Notes under the pieces: generated by a model
Database searches by the model: none
Seen by the model: only the letters and a program-made list of their open reading frames with translations
What the model was told of the DNA's origin: nothing
Assembly (NCBI RefSeq): GCF_963921235.1
Contig: NC_086100.1
Span: 38,254,001 to 38,318,000, forward strand
Source: Mobula hypostoma
Taxonomy: Eukaryota
Reading direction: 5' to 3'
Length of the DNA: 64,000 bases
Part shown: in pieces, positions 63,281 to 64,000 of the stretch
Position numbering within the stretch: position 1 is the stretch's first letter
Layout: every line of letters starts with the position of its first letter
Program-made: the position numbers and the translations under genes

Positions 63281-63558
63281 AGCAGAATGGTGCAGCGAAT
63301 AGAGTCGCTGCATTACGGTTCCAGCAATTTGAGTTCAATCTTGACCTCAGGTTCTGTGTGTGGATTAGTAGGTTAACTGACCACTGTTAATTGCTCCTTG
63401 CATGTAGGTTAGTGGCAGAATGTGGTTGTGACTGGGGGAAAGGGTGTTGGTTGATGAAAATGTAGCGAGAATAAAATGGATTTGGTGTAAATATGCCCTT
63501 TATAGTCAGTGTGGATTTGGATGAACAGAAGGGCCTGTTTCCATGGTGTATGACTTGT
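63281..63558 (+). mobile_element. Decayed tRNA-derived SINE
   Basis: gagttcaatc B-box-like; ggttaactgaccactgttaattg core; gaagggcctgtttccatg tail. Confidence 0.65.
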
Positions 63559-63689
63559 TGACTTAATTGTACGTCTATAGATTTTTACAGTGTCATATGC
63601 TACAAAGTTGCAATAAAACATAGTTACAGTTTCCCTTGTTGTATAAAGAGAAAATCTTCCTCTCATTTCATGTGGACACTGCATAATAT

Positions 63690-63943
63690 ATACACTCAAC
63701 ATATTAGGACAGCTTTTTCCCCTCTGCCATCCGAATTCTAAATGGACAATGAACATGTACACCACCTCACTATTTTTTCTCTCTCTTTTTGGACTACTTA
63801 TTTTATTACTTAACTAAGTTTTAAAAAATCATATAAATATTGATTACATTTGAATTGAATACAGTATGCTGTATTGCACTATACTGCTGCCACAAAACAA
63901 CGAGTTTCACAACACATGCCAGTGATATTACACCTGATTCTGA
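63690..63943 (+). mobile_element. Rex-like LINE 3' end
   Basis: DSF.PSAIRILNG then ctgctgccacaaaacaacgagtttcacaacacatgccagtgat..cctgattctga. Confidence 0.72.
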
Positions 63944-64000
63944 ATGGCATTTTCATAAAATATCTAAATGTTGTATTCTAGTTACTGCCCACTTGCCAGT

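Noticed and set aside
1-64000. CRISPR array or prokaryotic defence system
   Set aside because: No regularly spaced repeats or operon-like ORFs; the content is vertebrate retroelements.

Overview
Eukaryotic (vertebrate) non-genic DNA, most likely from a cartilaginous fish such as a ray. That call is inferred from HE1/V-SINE-like SINEs, abundant CR1 LINEs and Neptune-type Penelope elements. I can support no host protein-coding exon, tRNA/rRNA gene or CRISPR array. Well over half of the window is nested, decayed retroelements: an L1/Tx1-type LINE (1-3259), many CR1 and Rex1/Babar-like LINEs, an RTE with a 5' inversion, tRNA-derived SINEs and a few DNA-transposon relics. A TE-poor, AT-rich stretch lies at about 44.1-56.9 kb. 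The most distinctive signal is a series of about ten Penelope-like element (PLE) insertions or relics, from both the Neptune and Poseidon types. Most carry a minimal hammerhead-ribozyme motif and share one architecture: 7-16 bp target-site duplications (TSDs), inverted terminal arms with a ~35-40 nt tail on one side only, a tail-less end fixed within a few nucleotides, and fold-back or microhomology junctions. They range from a 2.4 kb RT+GIY-YIG copy to a 163 bp hairpin and a 21 bp solo tail. There is also a near-identical 329 bp inverted duplication of a SINE plus its flank. All coordinates were read by eye, and boundaries of old repeats are approximate.
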